64,000 nt of DNA from positions 62,001 to 126,000 of the forward strand of contig RSEE01000095.1 in the NCBI GenBank assembly GCA_003971905.1, written 5' to 3'. The stretch is from Moniliella sp. 'wahieum' (Eukaryota). Below the pieces are notes generated by a model. The model was not told the DNA's origin. It saw only the letters and a list, made by a program, of their open reading frames with translations, and ran no database searches. Below, in pieces: positions 39,078-51,207 of this stretch (position 1 is its first letter; every line of letters starts with the position of its first letter). A program made the position numbers and the translations under genes.

Positions 39078-39555
39078 TTACTCGTCGTCCTCCTCCTCCT
39101 CTTCCTCCTCGGACTCCTCCTCAGACTCCTCCTCGGCCTGCTTCTCGAGGCAAGCGACCGCAATACGGTCCAGGTCACGCATGCCGTCCTGCGAGATCCG
39201 ACGACCACCTTAGGGTCCTTCTCGAGCACGCCAATGCTCTCCAGGGCCTGGACGACCTTACGCTGGACCGAGCCCGAGGCGTCAGCGTGCTTCGAGGGAC
39301 GGTACCCACGGTTCTGCGCACCACCCTGGTACTTCTGCAGCGCACCAATACCAACGCTCTTGCGCAGGTAAATGTGCCGGGCAACAGCGGCGGCACGAAC
39401 GTAGAACCACGTCTCGTCGTACGGAGCAAGCTCCTTGTACGCACCCGTCTTGACAATGTCAACCCACGTCGGCAACTCATCTTGCCCGAGCGACGGAGGT
39501 GCTCAGCGTACTCCTGGATGAACAGGTCGGCAGCAACGTCACGAACGTTAGGCAT
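39078..39555 (-). CDS. RPS19: 40S ribosomal protein S19 (eS19)
   Basis: MPNVRDVAADLFIQEYAEHLRRSGK..PTWVDIVKTGAYKELAPYDETWFYVRAAAVARHIYLRK..GRRISQDGMRDLDRIA plus an acidic tail. Two 1-nt frameshifts; probable 5'-UTR intron 39561-39724. Confidence 0.97.
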
Positions 39556-40811
39556 GGTGGCTGCACAGCGGACCAAGAGGTAACAGGGAAACAGGTAACA
39601 GGTCAGTCTGACGAGGTCCGGGCAGGGCACTGGCGCGCTACACAGGCAGCGCATGCGCACAGCGGAGGACATAGCATGGCCCGGCACGGGCGCGCCGAGG
39701 GCCAGGAAAGGGTAGGAGACGCACTGGATACTGAGGTAGCTTGGCGGCAACGGGTAACGGGTAACCTCTTGTCGGCAGCGGCAAAGCAAGTGGAGCGGCC
39801 AAGGGACCCAGGCGGCGGTGGACGGGTCGGGTTGCGGGTGTTGAGCTTGCGCCGTGTGCCGCAGCATTTAGTAGGGTTGGGTCCTTTTGTTTTCTTCTTG
39901 TCCGATGATTGATGTTCGATGTTCGATGATCGTCATTCAGCGTAACTTGCAGTATGCACGTTGCACCGAGCGCCTTTCCGCCCACAACAGCGGAAGGAGG
40001 GGTGGGATTGTGTGGGGTATACAGCCAGGGTTGCTAGTGCATGATGCATGATGCATGAGCATGAGGATCTGAGATCTGGATCTGATGATCGATGATCGAT
40101 GATCAACGAGATTGGAGGGGCCTCAGATCTCAGATCCACCAACCCCCTCCCTACTAGATTACCATGCCCCCTGCTCACTTTGGGCTTCAAAGCTTCCTTG
40201 CAGCCCACTGAGGATGGCCGCCTGCCTTGAAGCTTGACCACCGACCCGGATCCGTGTCGTCCGCAAAATCGGTGTCCGATCCTATGTCCAACTGGATATG
40301 GGCAATGGAGTTTCTCTCACTGTGTGGGCACAGGCACAGGCACAGACACAGACACACCAAACCCCTCTGTTGATTCGCCCAATGAAGATTTGACATTTGC
40401 CTCTATACAACAGGAGCAGTCGACGCTTTGTGCTTGTTGGCCACAGGCGCACAAAGGTGCTATACCACAAAGCAACAGGAGAGCTTGCAACTAACAGACA
40501 GATTATCGGGAGCGATTCCAAGGCAAGCAGGGGGGATAGAGTAGGAAATCAGGGTATATAGAGGGAGAAGAAACGAGGGTGGTAACTAGTAGTAGGAGTA
40601 GGTAATAGGGAGGAGGATAGGCAGTTGAGATGGAAATGCGGTAGTGGAGGGGAGTGGGTAATGCCGGGGGGCAAAAAACGTCACCCGATCGTCAGAATAC
40701 GACTCACGTTGGCAATTTTGGCAAGGGACTGAGGCGTGACAAAAACGTTTTTGGTACTGTAGCAAAGGCAAAAGAAAGAGAGAGAGAGAAGGGGACGTTC
40801 TTCAAGTTGGT

Positions 40812-43800
40812 TCAAGCAGGGATAGAGCTAGCCCATGCCAGAGCCGCTAGAGCAGGTCCATTATCATCACGGAAACGGAGATGTTCCGTCGCTGTCCGTC
40901 TCGTCCAAGCCTTTTGCCCACGGAGAACCATAGACTGTTGCACCGCGAACGCCCGTCCTTCCCGATCGAAGCGCATGCCCGGAGGAAAAGCCGTGCCCAA
41001 AGATAACGTCGAGAGCCGCGCTGTGGCTCGCGACATGGAGCTGGCGTTCCGTTTGCCGCAGCGGCAGCTGGAACGCTAGCCAAGTCTTGGGTCAACAAAC
41101 CAATCAGCACATCAGGTCCTCTACGATGGCCGAGAGCGAGTCGATGGTGGCTTTGTGGCCGGTTTGGGTCGTAGGAGCAGGAACAAGTGGCAAGCCAGCT
41201 TGGCTTGACGTACTTGAACTCGAGGGGGGAGGGCAGTAACGTGGACAAAGTTGGAGTTCCAGACCCCAAGCTCGGGGGTTGATTTGCGAAGGTTCGGTGG
41301 GCTGAATGCCTGTCCCTGTCCCGTTCCCCGGTCGAACGTGCCCCCACTGACCCTGAGCTGCTGCGAGAGTCCGACTCGGGCGCGGTTGTCGATGCCGACG
41401 GAATGGGCGGTAAGGGACTGTTGGTCAGTGTGTTGGTCCCGGCCGAGTATCCCGGGGTAGCCAACAGGATGGACTCGATCATTCGTTTAGTTTTTTGGAG
41501 CAAAAGGCAGGCCTGGTCGAGGCTTTGACGGGACGCCAAGAGAAGACTGCGAGTGATCATTTCGTTGGCTAGGATTTCAAACCGGCGACGGGTCACTTGG
41601 GCATTGGCCAGAGCGGCTACCGTGGCAGGAGGTAAGGAGGAAATGGTATCAGGTTTGGAACCATCGATCTCTACTGCGAGTTTGACCGGTCCATCAGGGT
41701 GGAGACGGGTGGAAGCTTGGAGCGTCGAGGGGTCCCGGAACGTCAAATCCGCGTCCAGAACCATCACCTCTTCCAAAAAGTCCATCCCAAACGCAATGTT
41801 GGCCGCGGCCAACATGGGAGACACAGGGCCCGGACTGAGCATAGCCGGGTCAAACCCAAATTGGACCAGGTAGTCATCCGACGCGTCAAGGGCCGTATGA
41901 GCACGCTCTCTTCCCTTGACCTACGGGGACCGATCCATCCGTCGAGGCTCGCGAGCCCTCCAACGGCGGTGCCAACGAGGAATAAAGCTGACCAAAGTTG
42001 TACTCCAACTCTAGGAGGATCTCTCTGGTATCACCAAAATGAACCATGCCCAGGTCCACGTCCACTTTCTTTCCGTCGGCTGAGACGACGATCGCAGTAG
42101 CACCCACTGCACGACGGACGCGCATCTCGTTGTTCTCCGGTAGACTGATTCGAATCACCACATCCGTCAAGGCGACCGACAACACGATCCCACGCACCCG
42201 GCTGCCGCTTCGCGTAGGTCTGCAAAGCGGTGAACGAAAGTGTAAGTACCACCAGTGTGGTTGGAGATGAGCCACATGGACGAAGGGTCGTGCTTAGAGC
42301 CCAAACCAAAACAGTGGATTGGCACGCCTGCCAATTCGGATCGGCTCAATACGAGGTCCATCGAAGCTCTCCTGGGCGCCGAAGCCGAATCATCAATCAA
42401 CATCATGCCCGCCACGGGGTTCTTGGAAACACGTTGCAACATCACATCCAAACCCACGTTCAATGCACTGGTGGAATCGATCCGGTCTGGGTTGGCCCCG
42501 GCACCAGCATACTGCGACAGGTCCTCAACGTACGGTTCGGACGACTCGAGTACCCTTGCCGCCAAGAGATCTAGAAACTCGACCAACGTCGCTCGGCTGC
42601 TCTCCACCCCCACACGTAGCGTCTCGTCTTGGCCACGAATCCGCCGTGTGAGCGCAAGCCCGGACGAAAGGCGACCAAACTGATCCGATCCCGTTCTCCC
42701 AGCGAGTCAACCAAAAACTGAAGCGTCGACCGTACCAGGCCCAGCTTGAGCGAATCCGATGCGCCACCAACAGGATCCGGCAGCGGCGGAACGGCAACCA
42801 TGATGATCAAGTCAACCGCCGTGTGGGGGTACAGGCGTGGTGGGTCGACGCTAGGGTCGTATCCCAATACGGAGCGCCAATCAGGCACATCGGATCGGAG
42901 AGGCAACCCTGGCAAAGGTAAGTTGGCCAACGAAAGGGGCTTGGCCGACGAAGAGCCCGGCGACCAAGGCGCAGCAGAGGAGAGGACGGTGCTGGCTGCT
43001 GACCGATGCGACGACTGGCGCGAAAGGGGAGGGGCGGTAGGACGAGGTGCTTGAGCGAGAAGGATTGTCATCATCAAGTGCTGGGTCAACATGGGGACCA
43101 TCAAAGCCAGGTGGCATAGGAAACGATTCTGTTGCATCCGATTTGCCAGCCAAATCGTGCGGAAGGACAAGACGCGACTTGTGGCTAGGATGGTGGATTG
43201 CATCCATCAAGGCAGAAATTTGTTCCTTCCAGACGGTTGCTTGGCGCTCGCTGTCAAAGACAATGACAAACTCATCCATGTTCGGATCAATCATGCGGAT
43301 GCTCACAGATGGTTGCTCCGCGGACGACGTATTGGCCACAGAACGGATATGGCGCAGATAGATTCGACCCTTGAGTCGGAGGCACGATTTGGAGGACGAA
43401 GTAATGGACGCTGGATCGTTCGGAGGCCCTTCTAGCGCACACAGAATGGCCTGTTCAAATAGATAAACCCAAAACTTGCGCACCACCTGATCTTGGAAGA
43501 TGCTCAACGAATCCATCAAGTACAGTTCGCCGAAATGAGTCAAGTTGTGACCTTTCCAATCAAGCATGCGCGTCTTCAGATCCTCCTTGACTTGCTTGCG
43601 AAGCCCGTCTTCGGAAGCGGGCAACATTCCCAGCCCGGCGGCAGGCGGCAACAGCCTCCCATGATGTCGAAGCGACTTGGGCCCTACCAAGTTAACGAGG
43701 TGGTCACGCTGCACAGAGAAGAGAGGAAGAAGCAGCAGCAACGTCCTCTTCAGGGAGGTCATAGAGCGTCTTGGTGATCCGAGGGTATTCCCTACCCTCG

Positions 43801-45272
43801 CCCTCTGCACTTGGAAGGCTAAAACCCAGGCCGTCCGGAACAGGGGAAAGTGCTTGGTGCAGCCCTTTCCTCGCCGCGGGGATGCCCCGAGCGGAGGGGA
43901 TGTGACGAGCGAATGGACACTCATTGGGTGGAGACTGCTTACCCCACTGCTAATGCTAGGTCTCCGATGCGGATCGCTCATCTTGGATGCGGGGCGACGC
44001 CCTGGGACAGCCACAACGACAACAGTTGTCAGTGTTTGTTTTCCATCCGCCGTGGGTGGGTCACGGCGAGTAAGTGTACCAAATTCAGGCTCGATGGTCA
44101 ATGTGGCTTGAGGATGGGTCCGCTGGACCGGATCGGCAGCCCTGTCGTCCCCATTACTGTCCAGCAAATGCGTATGGGTAATGGACGAAGCAGAGACGAT
44201 AACGATTCCTCACGACGCCAGACATTCCATCATGCCAGTCAAGCGCCCCGACTGGTCCCGCTGAGGTGATCAGCGTTCAGCTCGACACGTCGGCGACATA
44301 CGTGGCACACCAGTGTTCATTTTCCTGGCCCGGAGCAAGACTACTGGGATCTTTTTGGCTCTTGAGTAGATTTCCAAATCTCTCTTGATGCCGCTGATGG
44401 GCGAGGATGGTCTTGGGATCGCCATACGTGATGGTAAAGCACTCGTAGTGAACAGTGTGGCCACAGACGGGTTGGACATGCGGCCGCTCACCTTGCAGCC
44501 GCAACGACAAGGGCTCCAGACAGAGGGGACATTCGGGCTCGTTGGTGATATCAAGGACCGACTGGCTGCGGCTCAACGTGTCGTGGGAGACAGCTCCACT
44601 AGGCGAGAAAGGGAACGGGCTGGTGGATCACCCCCGCTGCCAGGCGAACCATTGGCGGGCGGGGTGATTGCTGTGCCCCGATTGAGCCTGTTAGCAACAT
44701 CGGATTCAGGGGTGGGTGCAAGGACAGGCGTGGCAGCAGGAGCGGGATGCCTGTGATCCCTGCGATTGAACACAGAAGGGAAACCAAATAGACTGGTCCG
44801 TTTGGTCTTGGATTTGGCTTTGGGGGCAAGTTTGGAATCGAATGTCTTTGGGGCGGGGGGGGGGGTGCCATTGTCGGGACAGACTCTCCGATGAGGCGCT
44901 CGAGTTTGGAGCGGGACGGGAAGGACCTGCTGGGCTCGGTGGAGCTGGCGGACTGGTCAAGGATGGGCTGTGTGGCTGATGCCGGCTACTCGCGGCGGGG
45001 TAGAGACCAGATGTGGTGGTTCGGGGGTGGCTGTGGGGAAGGAAGGATGATCACAAACATGGTCAGCAATAGCGCCCCTACCCCCATTACGCATGATCAG
45101 TGCACGATGGCCAACACTGCGCGCCGTGTTGGGAGAAGAGAACGCACCAGTGAGGGTTTGCTGTTCCATGGGAGGGGCCGTGAGGGATCGGGGGGAGGGA
45201 GGGCGAGGCGGGGCGAGGTGGAGCAGGGGCTTGGAGGGCCAGGCGACGAGGGGGCTTCTGGTGGCGGAACAT
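40812..45272 (-). CDS. RING-H2 / PH / vWA protein (Far1/Ste5-type architecture), copy 2
   Basis: PECPLCLEPLSLRLQGERPHVQPVCGHTVHYECF..CHVCRR; DWKGHNLTHFGEL..LRLKGRIYLRHIRSV; AVDLIIMV, ALNVGLDV, IHCFGLGSKHDPSSMWLISNHTGGTYTF; C-terminal FDREGRAFAVQQSMVLRGQKAW. Probable intron ~45031-45089; start uncertain. Confidence 0.87.
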
Positions 45273-48171
45273 GCGAGCGGGAGGTGGGGGAGCAGGTGGT
45301 GGGGTGGTGTGGGGGGGGGGTGGGGGTGGTGTGGTTGGCTGGGTTGGTGGCTGTGGGTGGTACGTACACCAGACGGTGTTAGTATTCCCTGCTAGCCGAC
45401 ACAGCTCCTGCTTGCAGACAATCGAAGGCGCATGAGACACGAGCCACAGTGCTGCGGTGCCATCTGCGGCCAGTGCATCTGCACATGCTGCGCGCTTGGT
45501 GCGCTGGCGCCCCAAGCGCTAATGCTAAACGACCAGACGCACTCCCGCCAGCCGAGCAGAACGACACGCTAAACGTTAATTCTATAATCGCCGTCCCCCC
45601 TGGGCCTGGCTCTAGGCCACACTGGCCCCCCTGCACCCTGGTGCGCAGGAGAGCAGTGGGGATGCAAGGTGTGGGCAGCAGCGCATGCGGCAAGTGTATC
45701 TGCTGTCGTGTGCAGAAGAAGCGCCGTGGCTGCTGTGGCGCACCGCCCCTACCAGCCTACCCCCTACCAGCCCTACCAGCCCTACCAGCCCTACCACGCC
45801 CTACCCTGCCCTCCCCAGCCGCCTGATGCTGATAGCAGAATGAAATGTTTGTCTCCCTGCAACTACCAACTACCGACTCTTCCCCTTCCACGCGCCTCCA
45901 CCCCCTGCAACCCTAAGAAAAACAGATGATCAATCATCGATCATCGCTGAAAGAACACAACCCACCAGCCGATATTGACAAAAGCATCCACCACCCACTG
46001 CGTGTGGCCCACCCGCACTCTGTCTGCCGCACACGTCCACCCCATCCATCATGGATGCGCCCCTTATAGCTTCCCAAGCGACCAGGTGGCTCCCTGTGGC
46101 TCCCCATCGCCTGTGCTCTGCGTCCATCTACTGTGAAAAAGTGTGTGCGCCCAGAACCTTCCCCATGACCACACGTACTATAGTCGGGAAAGATGAGTTT
46201 CGATCAGAGATTGGTTTCTCCTTCAATATCTATCGGGAGGCTTCCAGCTTCAATGTTCAAGCTCAAGATTCAATATTCACCCTTCCATCCACCACACAGA
46301 ATATATGTATGCGGACCAAGTGCGGAAACCACATGCGGCGCCAAAAGGGGTCTTGCGGCCCAAACAGCGTCTGACGATCGGGCCAAGCCAAGCCAAGCCA
46401 AGCACATACTGATATGCAGTCAAGCCAATCGAGAAGTGGCCGTGGAAGCACCTTGCAGCACCTCGTAGCTTACTAGCTCTTACTGTGCGTGGTGAGACCG
46501 GTGACTACGGTTACATATCAGATGCGGCTCATCCTTTTCCAACAACTCCGCAGACATCAGTGCATCATCACACCCTTGTTGGCTGATACACTGATGCGCC
46601 GATGGGCCCTGCACCTCCGCGGGTGTGTCAAGCAGTTGTCAAGCAGTTGTCAAGCTTCAAGCTTCGATCTCCACCTCATATACGTAGTCATCCACAGCCA
46701 TATAGCGTAGTAGGAACTCTGGGGGACTGGTAATTACCGGTTACCGGTTACTGAAAAGGCCCTATCATTCTCACAATAGAGCCTCTCCAGAGTAGACCTC
46801 CTCTCCGATTGCGAAACCGTACCCTGCATTCCCTTCCCGTCGGTGCGTCAAGCCTATTTTAGCATCAGCCCTTAGGCCTTAGGCCTTACCGGCCATCACT
46901 AGCACTTTCCAATAGAGTGCTGCTGCACCCATCACACTGCTCAGTAAGATCGTGCAAGCGGCATGATTATGATTGCAACCCAAAAGCTCAAAACACAGGT
47001 TGGTGCCTTTCGCCTTTTTCATGTTTTGCATTGCCCCCCCTGAAGATGAGGTCGATGATCGATGAGGCCGATGAGGCCTGAGGCCCTGAGGCCTGAGGTA
47101 CCATCTGTGCATCATGCATCATGTGCATCATGTTCCTTCCCAGAGGGAAAAAAGAACATTCTCCAGGCATCCTCCGTCGGTTAATATTTAATCGTAATCT
47201 GGACACCAATTCAATGCACTATTACCAACAGCTTCTGTAGCGCTCATATTGCTCTCTCCATAAGCGTCTCGCAAACGGTGCTTTTCCAAATTCCATCTTG
47301 CATTATATCACACACGCAATGACGTTCCATGGAAGGAGGGATAGTCGATAGAGGGCGCATGCACGCATGGGCTGTTAAAAAGCCGAAGGGCAATGGGACA
47401 AGCCATTGCAGGACAACGCCACAGATGGCACGGCTGCTCGCGCTCGCGGCTTCCACAAAACGCACATCAGGTGTTGGACGTTGATGGTACGTTGATGGTG
47501 TGGCAGGGAGGGCTTGTGCTGCCGACGCAGGCCTATGCGCCTATGCCTATAGGCCTACCTACTAAGCGCCTAGGATGACATGCTGTTAATGACGCGTTGC
47601 GTAACCTGCACGTAACCGGTAACCACACCAGCCACAAGCCACACCTGTTCGATCTGCGCATCAATCATCGATCATCACACTCGCATGTCACTGTGATATG
47701 TGACGTGTGTGACACACCACTGTGGCGTACCCAAGCTCCAAGTGTCATGCATGTCACACGTGTGGCGGACGTGTGCCAGGCCCGTTCAACGTTCAACTTG
47801 AACGTCCATCGACCATCTTACCTGCGATAAAATTTAAAATGCTGCTGTCGAAATGTGCAACTTGTGTTGGCGACAGACGCAAGGCCGATATAGATACGGT
47901 GTGGTAACCTATAGGGTATTCTCCCGCGCGGGAGCAGCAAGCAATATGCAGGCGCCTTTGTCGACGGTTTGCGGATCGTTTTTCTCCTCAGAGGGTCAGC
48001 ATACGACATCTTCAATCATTCACGTTTCTACCAGTAATCTAGTCCCAAAATGTCATACGCAAAATTGATCCGCCGTGCATCTTTTACGTCATAGACACGT
48101 GCCGACCGGTGCCACGTTCCCAGCCACCGGAGCCAGCAAGCATCGGTGATATTATTTCGACTTTCCGGCGT

Positions 48172-48262
48172 GGAACGGTGGCTACGGTGGCGATGGTGGG
48201 CCGGGGGAACGGTGGCTAAGGTGGCGATGGTGGATCGGGGGAACGGTGGCTAAGGTGGCGAT
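48172..48262. repeat. 34-bp minisatellite, ~2.7 copies
   Basis: GGAACGGTGGCTA(A/C)GGTGGCGAT.. starts at 48172, 48206 and 48240. Confidence 0.9.
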
Positions 48263-48682
48263 CAAGTACCAAGGCTGACCGGGCCGTGGGCCCGGTGGTC
48301 TCCTCGTAATCATTGCAAGCAATTTGATCAAGGGATCCTTCTCGCACAAGAGACATACCACGGAAGTTCTCCCTGATACGTTGCATCTCGGGCCCCAAGT
48401 CTGGGAGGGGCAGGCGTTCTGAGCTGCCTCAGTCATATATTCATACAGCGTATATGAACACATCCGAGTCGAGCACGGAGGGATTCCATCCAGAGGTGGG
48501 AAAAGGACGAGCATTATGACTTCCGTCTACTGATGCTTGAAAAAGCTTGACGGTTGTGTCTTCGGCGCTGTCACTGCCCCACTCAGAAGCCGACTCTGTG
48601 CCCCGTCCAGGGCTCCGGCTTCGGCTTCATCCAGCTCTCTTTCATGAAGCTCTACGAAACGCGGAAGGGGTTCATCCCACTT

Positions 48683-49510
48683 TGTCACGGGCGGGCCCCG
48701 CCAGGGGGCTCACCCAGGTTCTTGGGGTACAATCCCTTAGGAGACGGAAGGTCGACTCACGGTAGTTTCGGGCTTGGGCTGGTTGGTGTGTCCGAGCGGA
48801 GCTAGGGACAAGGAGAGGCCTTTGGTGGGGCGGCTGCAGGTGTGGCAAGGCTGCGTCTACACCGGCTTGGGCCGTAGTAACGTGTCTGAAGCCTCCGGGA
48901 CTTAGGGACGGGAGGAGGCAGAGGCGGACAAACACTGCCTTAACTGAGACGGGGAAAATCGCCGCGACCAAAGGAGGGCTCGCGCGATTGGACTGACGAA
49001 GGGCTGGAGGACGAGATCGGAGGAGAAGTCGGACGCTAACAAGAGAAGCTGCCTGTACTGGATGAATTGGCTGGAAACGGGCAGGGGTCGGACAGGATAG
49101 GCGGGAAAGGGACGAAATGGAGGGTGGAGGAAAAGATCCCCCACCAACCGGGGTACAGGCTTAATCGAAAAAAGGGAAACAGACACAAAAGGGGGTGTAG
49201 AAAGAAAGGCACGTCAAAAGAGGGGTTGACCGCCGCAGGCGCGATCGAGAAAGGAAAATAAGTGGTGACGGGGCGACTGACGTCGCAAAGATACTGAATA
49301 CTTGGTGGTCTCGTTTCGACCACCGACTTGGACTTGGGCGGGAGGCGACTACCGTCGCGCGCGCGCATGGCAACTTGTGCCACCGCACAGGGTACAACCA
49401 ACCATCGACAGACTTGGTTGGGCTTGGGGGCGCGCTCCACTGGGCTGGTGCAGAGCAGGCGGGCCTTAGCTTGGATCAGACCATCTTGGATCCGACGCGG
49501 CCCGTACACA
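48683..49510 (-). mobile_element. Solo LTR, copy 2 (828 bp), inverted relative to copy 1
   Basis: TGTCACGGGC at 48683 and GCCCGTACACA ending at 49510; 5-bp TSD CACTT at 48678-48682 and 49511-49515; homologous to 7161-8024. Confidence 0.9.
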
Positions 49511-51207
49511 CACTTGTGGGTTGTCCGCAAATGTGAAGTGGGCGAATATGACTTCTGAGTCTGTAGCGGGCACAAACGTCGCGCCAATGTCGCGAGCTAC
49601 GAGCAAGGCAGCGCTTGGCATGTAAGTAGATTGTTGTGCATGATGGAGGAGAGAAGAGCTACGTATACTCATCAGCTTGGGTGTGCTTCTTGGCAGCGCC
49701 CACGGTTGATATGGGCTGAACGGATTCGTCTCCATTTGCCGCCATCTCGCCAGGATGCGTTTCGCGCCCCAGTGCCACGCGTTCACTCTATACCCCTTTT
49801 GTATCAAAGCACGTTCAGCGTCGTTCGCCTGACAGCCACTTCCACTCTCCTTACCGCCATCCTCATCTTTCTCCTCTATTGCTCTCTTTCTGGCATGATC
49901 ATCATGCCGCGCAATTCAAACCGGAACATACTTATAACCCATTTTTTCCCCGCCCATAACCCTCTCACCCCTCACCATCTACCACACCACACCTATACCG
50001 TTTGTCAACCTTCCATCATGACGCCCCAGTCCAGCCTTCGACCGTCGCGGCGCATTCGCCCGCAAAGCTCAGCTTTTCCCAAGAAGCGCAAGGTTCCTCC
50101 TTCCGTCAAGAGAACTGTCATGTGTGACATGAGTTCTCTTCCCATCGTCCGACCGCTTCGGTACGTTACCGCGCGCCGCGTCTCCCCTCAACCTTATGTA
50201 TGACGCAGAAATGAGTTGTGACGCGTGTGACGGCGCTGTTGATGCTGATGTTGATGCGATGGATCAAGCGAAATAAGAAACTGGACAATACCAAAATGCG
50301 CCCTTTGGTGATCTGGATAGCGCCAGGCTGGACGCCTAACCGCGCACCGAATAAAGCGGAGAGCTGTGCGACCACCGGGCAATAAGGATGTCTCGGCACT
50401 GAATACTATGGCAACCATCCTGACAGTGACATTAATCCCCACAGTGATGGCGACCCCATCCCAGAGTGTAGCAATAGTCCCATCACCACAGTGGCCACAA
50501 TGCCCGGTGCCTCTCCCATGCCGTCTTGACGGCAACATGAAAACGAAACCAACCCGTCGGAGACAAAAACGCTTAAGCATCACGCGGATGTTGCGGGACC
50601 GGAGTTGCCAAAATGTTGTTATGCTTCCAGCGCCGGAGAAAAGCGACTTCCAGTGCTGGAACAAGCGCAAAGCGACAACAATCTCAAATACTCCAGGGTC
50701 GCACTCAAGAACCTTTCTTCTCGTTGATCATGACGGGCAACGCGTGTTTACATGCCACCACTGCAAGACGGCAATCACAATAATGTTCAGTTTGAGTACT
50801 TGGAAAGAATTAACTACCGAAGAGTGTTATTGCTCAGATGGGTCAACACGTTTTCCGCTCACATGTCTATACCCTTGTACGCTCCTTGAAGTCCACGCGC
50901 GCTTCAAACGGGTTGGAAGCGAATGGCAGGCACCGGACGGTGCTAACCGGCAGTGTTGGCGACTGTTGTGCATTGGTTTCCTAATTGGGTTTGGCGCCAA
51001 CCAACAGTCCAGCAGCTCACGCCGTATGAGCACAGCCACTCCCCCCAATCATTAATCTCAGTAGATGGGAGGACCACCCCTCTCGATATTGAACGGATCC
51101 GGAGAAGGCAGATATATCTCCCTTCGCTGATTCCATGTCATTGGCAGAGCTTAAGGCTGGGACAGGGGGAACGCTACGTCTAATCCTAACCGTTCATCTT
51201 GCGGGGG

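Noticed and set aside
48172..48262. 34-bp repeats as a CRISPR array
   Set aside because: The units are contiguous with no unique spacers, there are no cas genes, and the context is eukaryotic.
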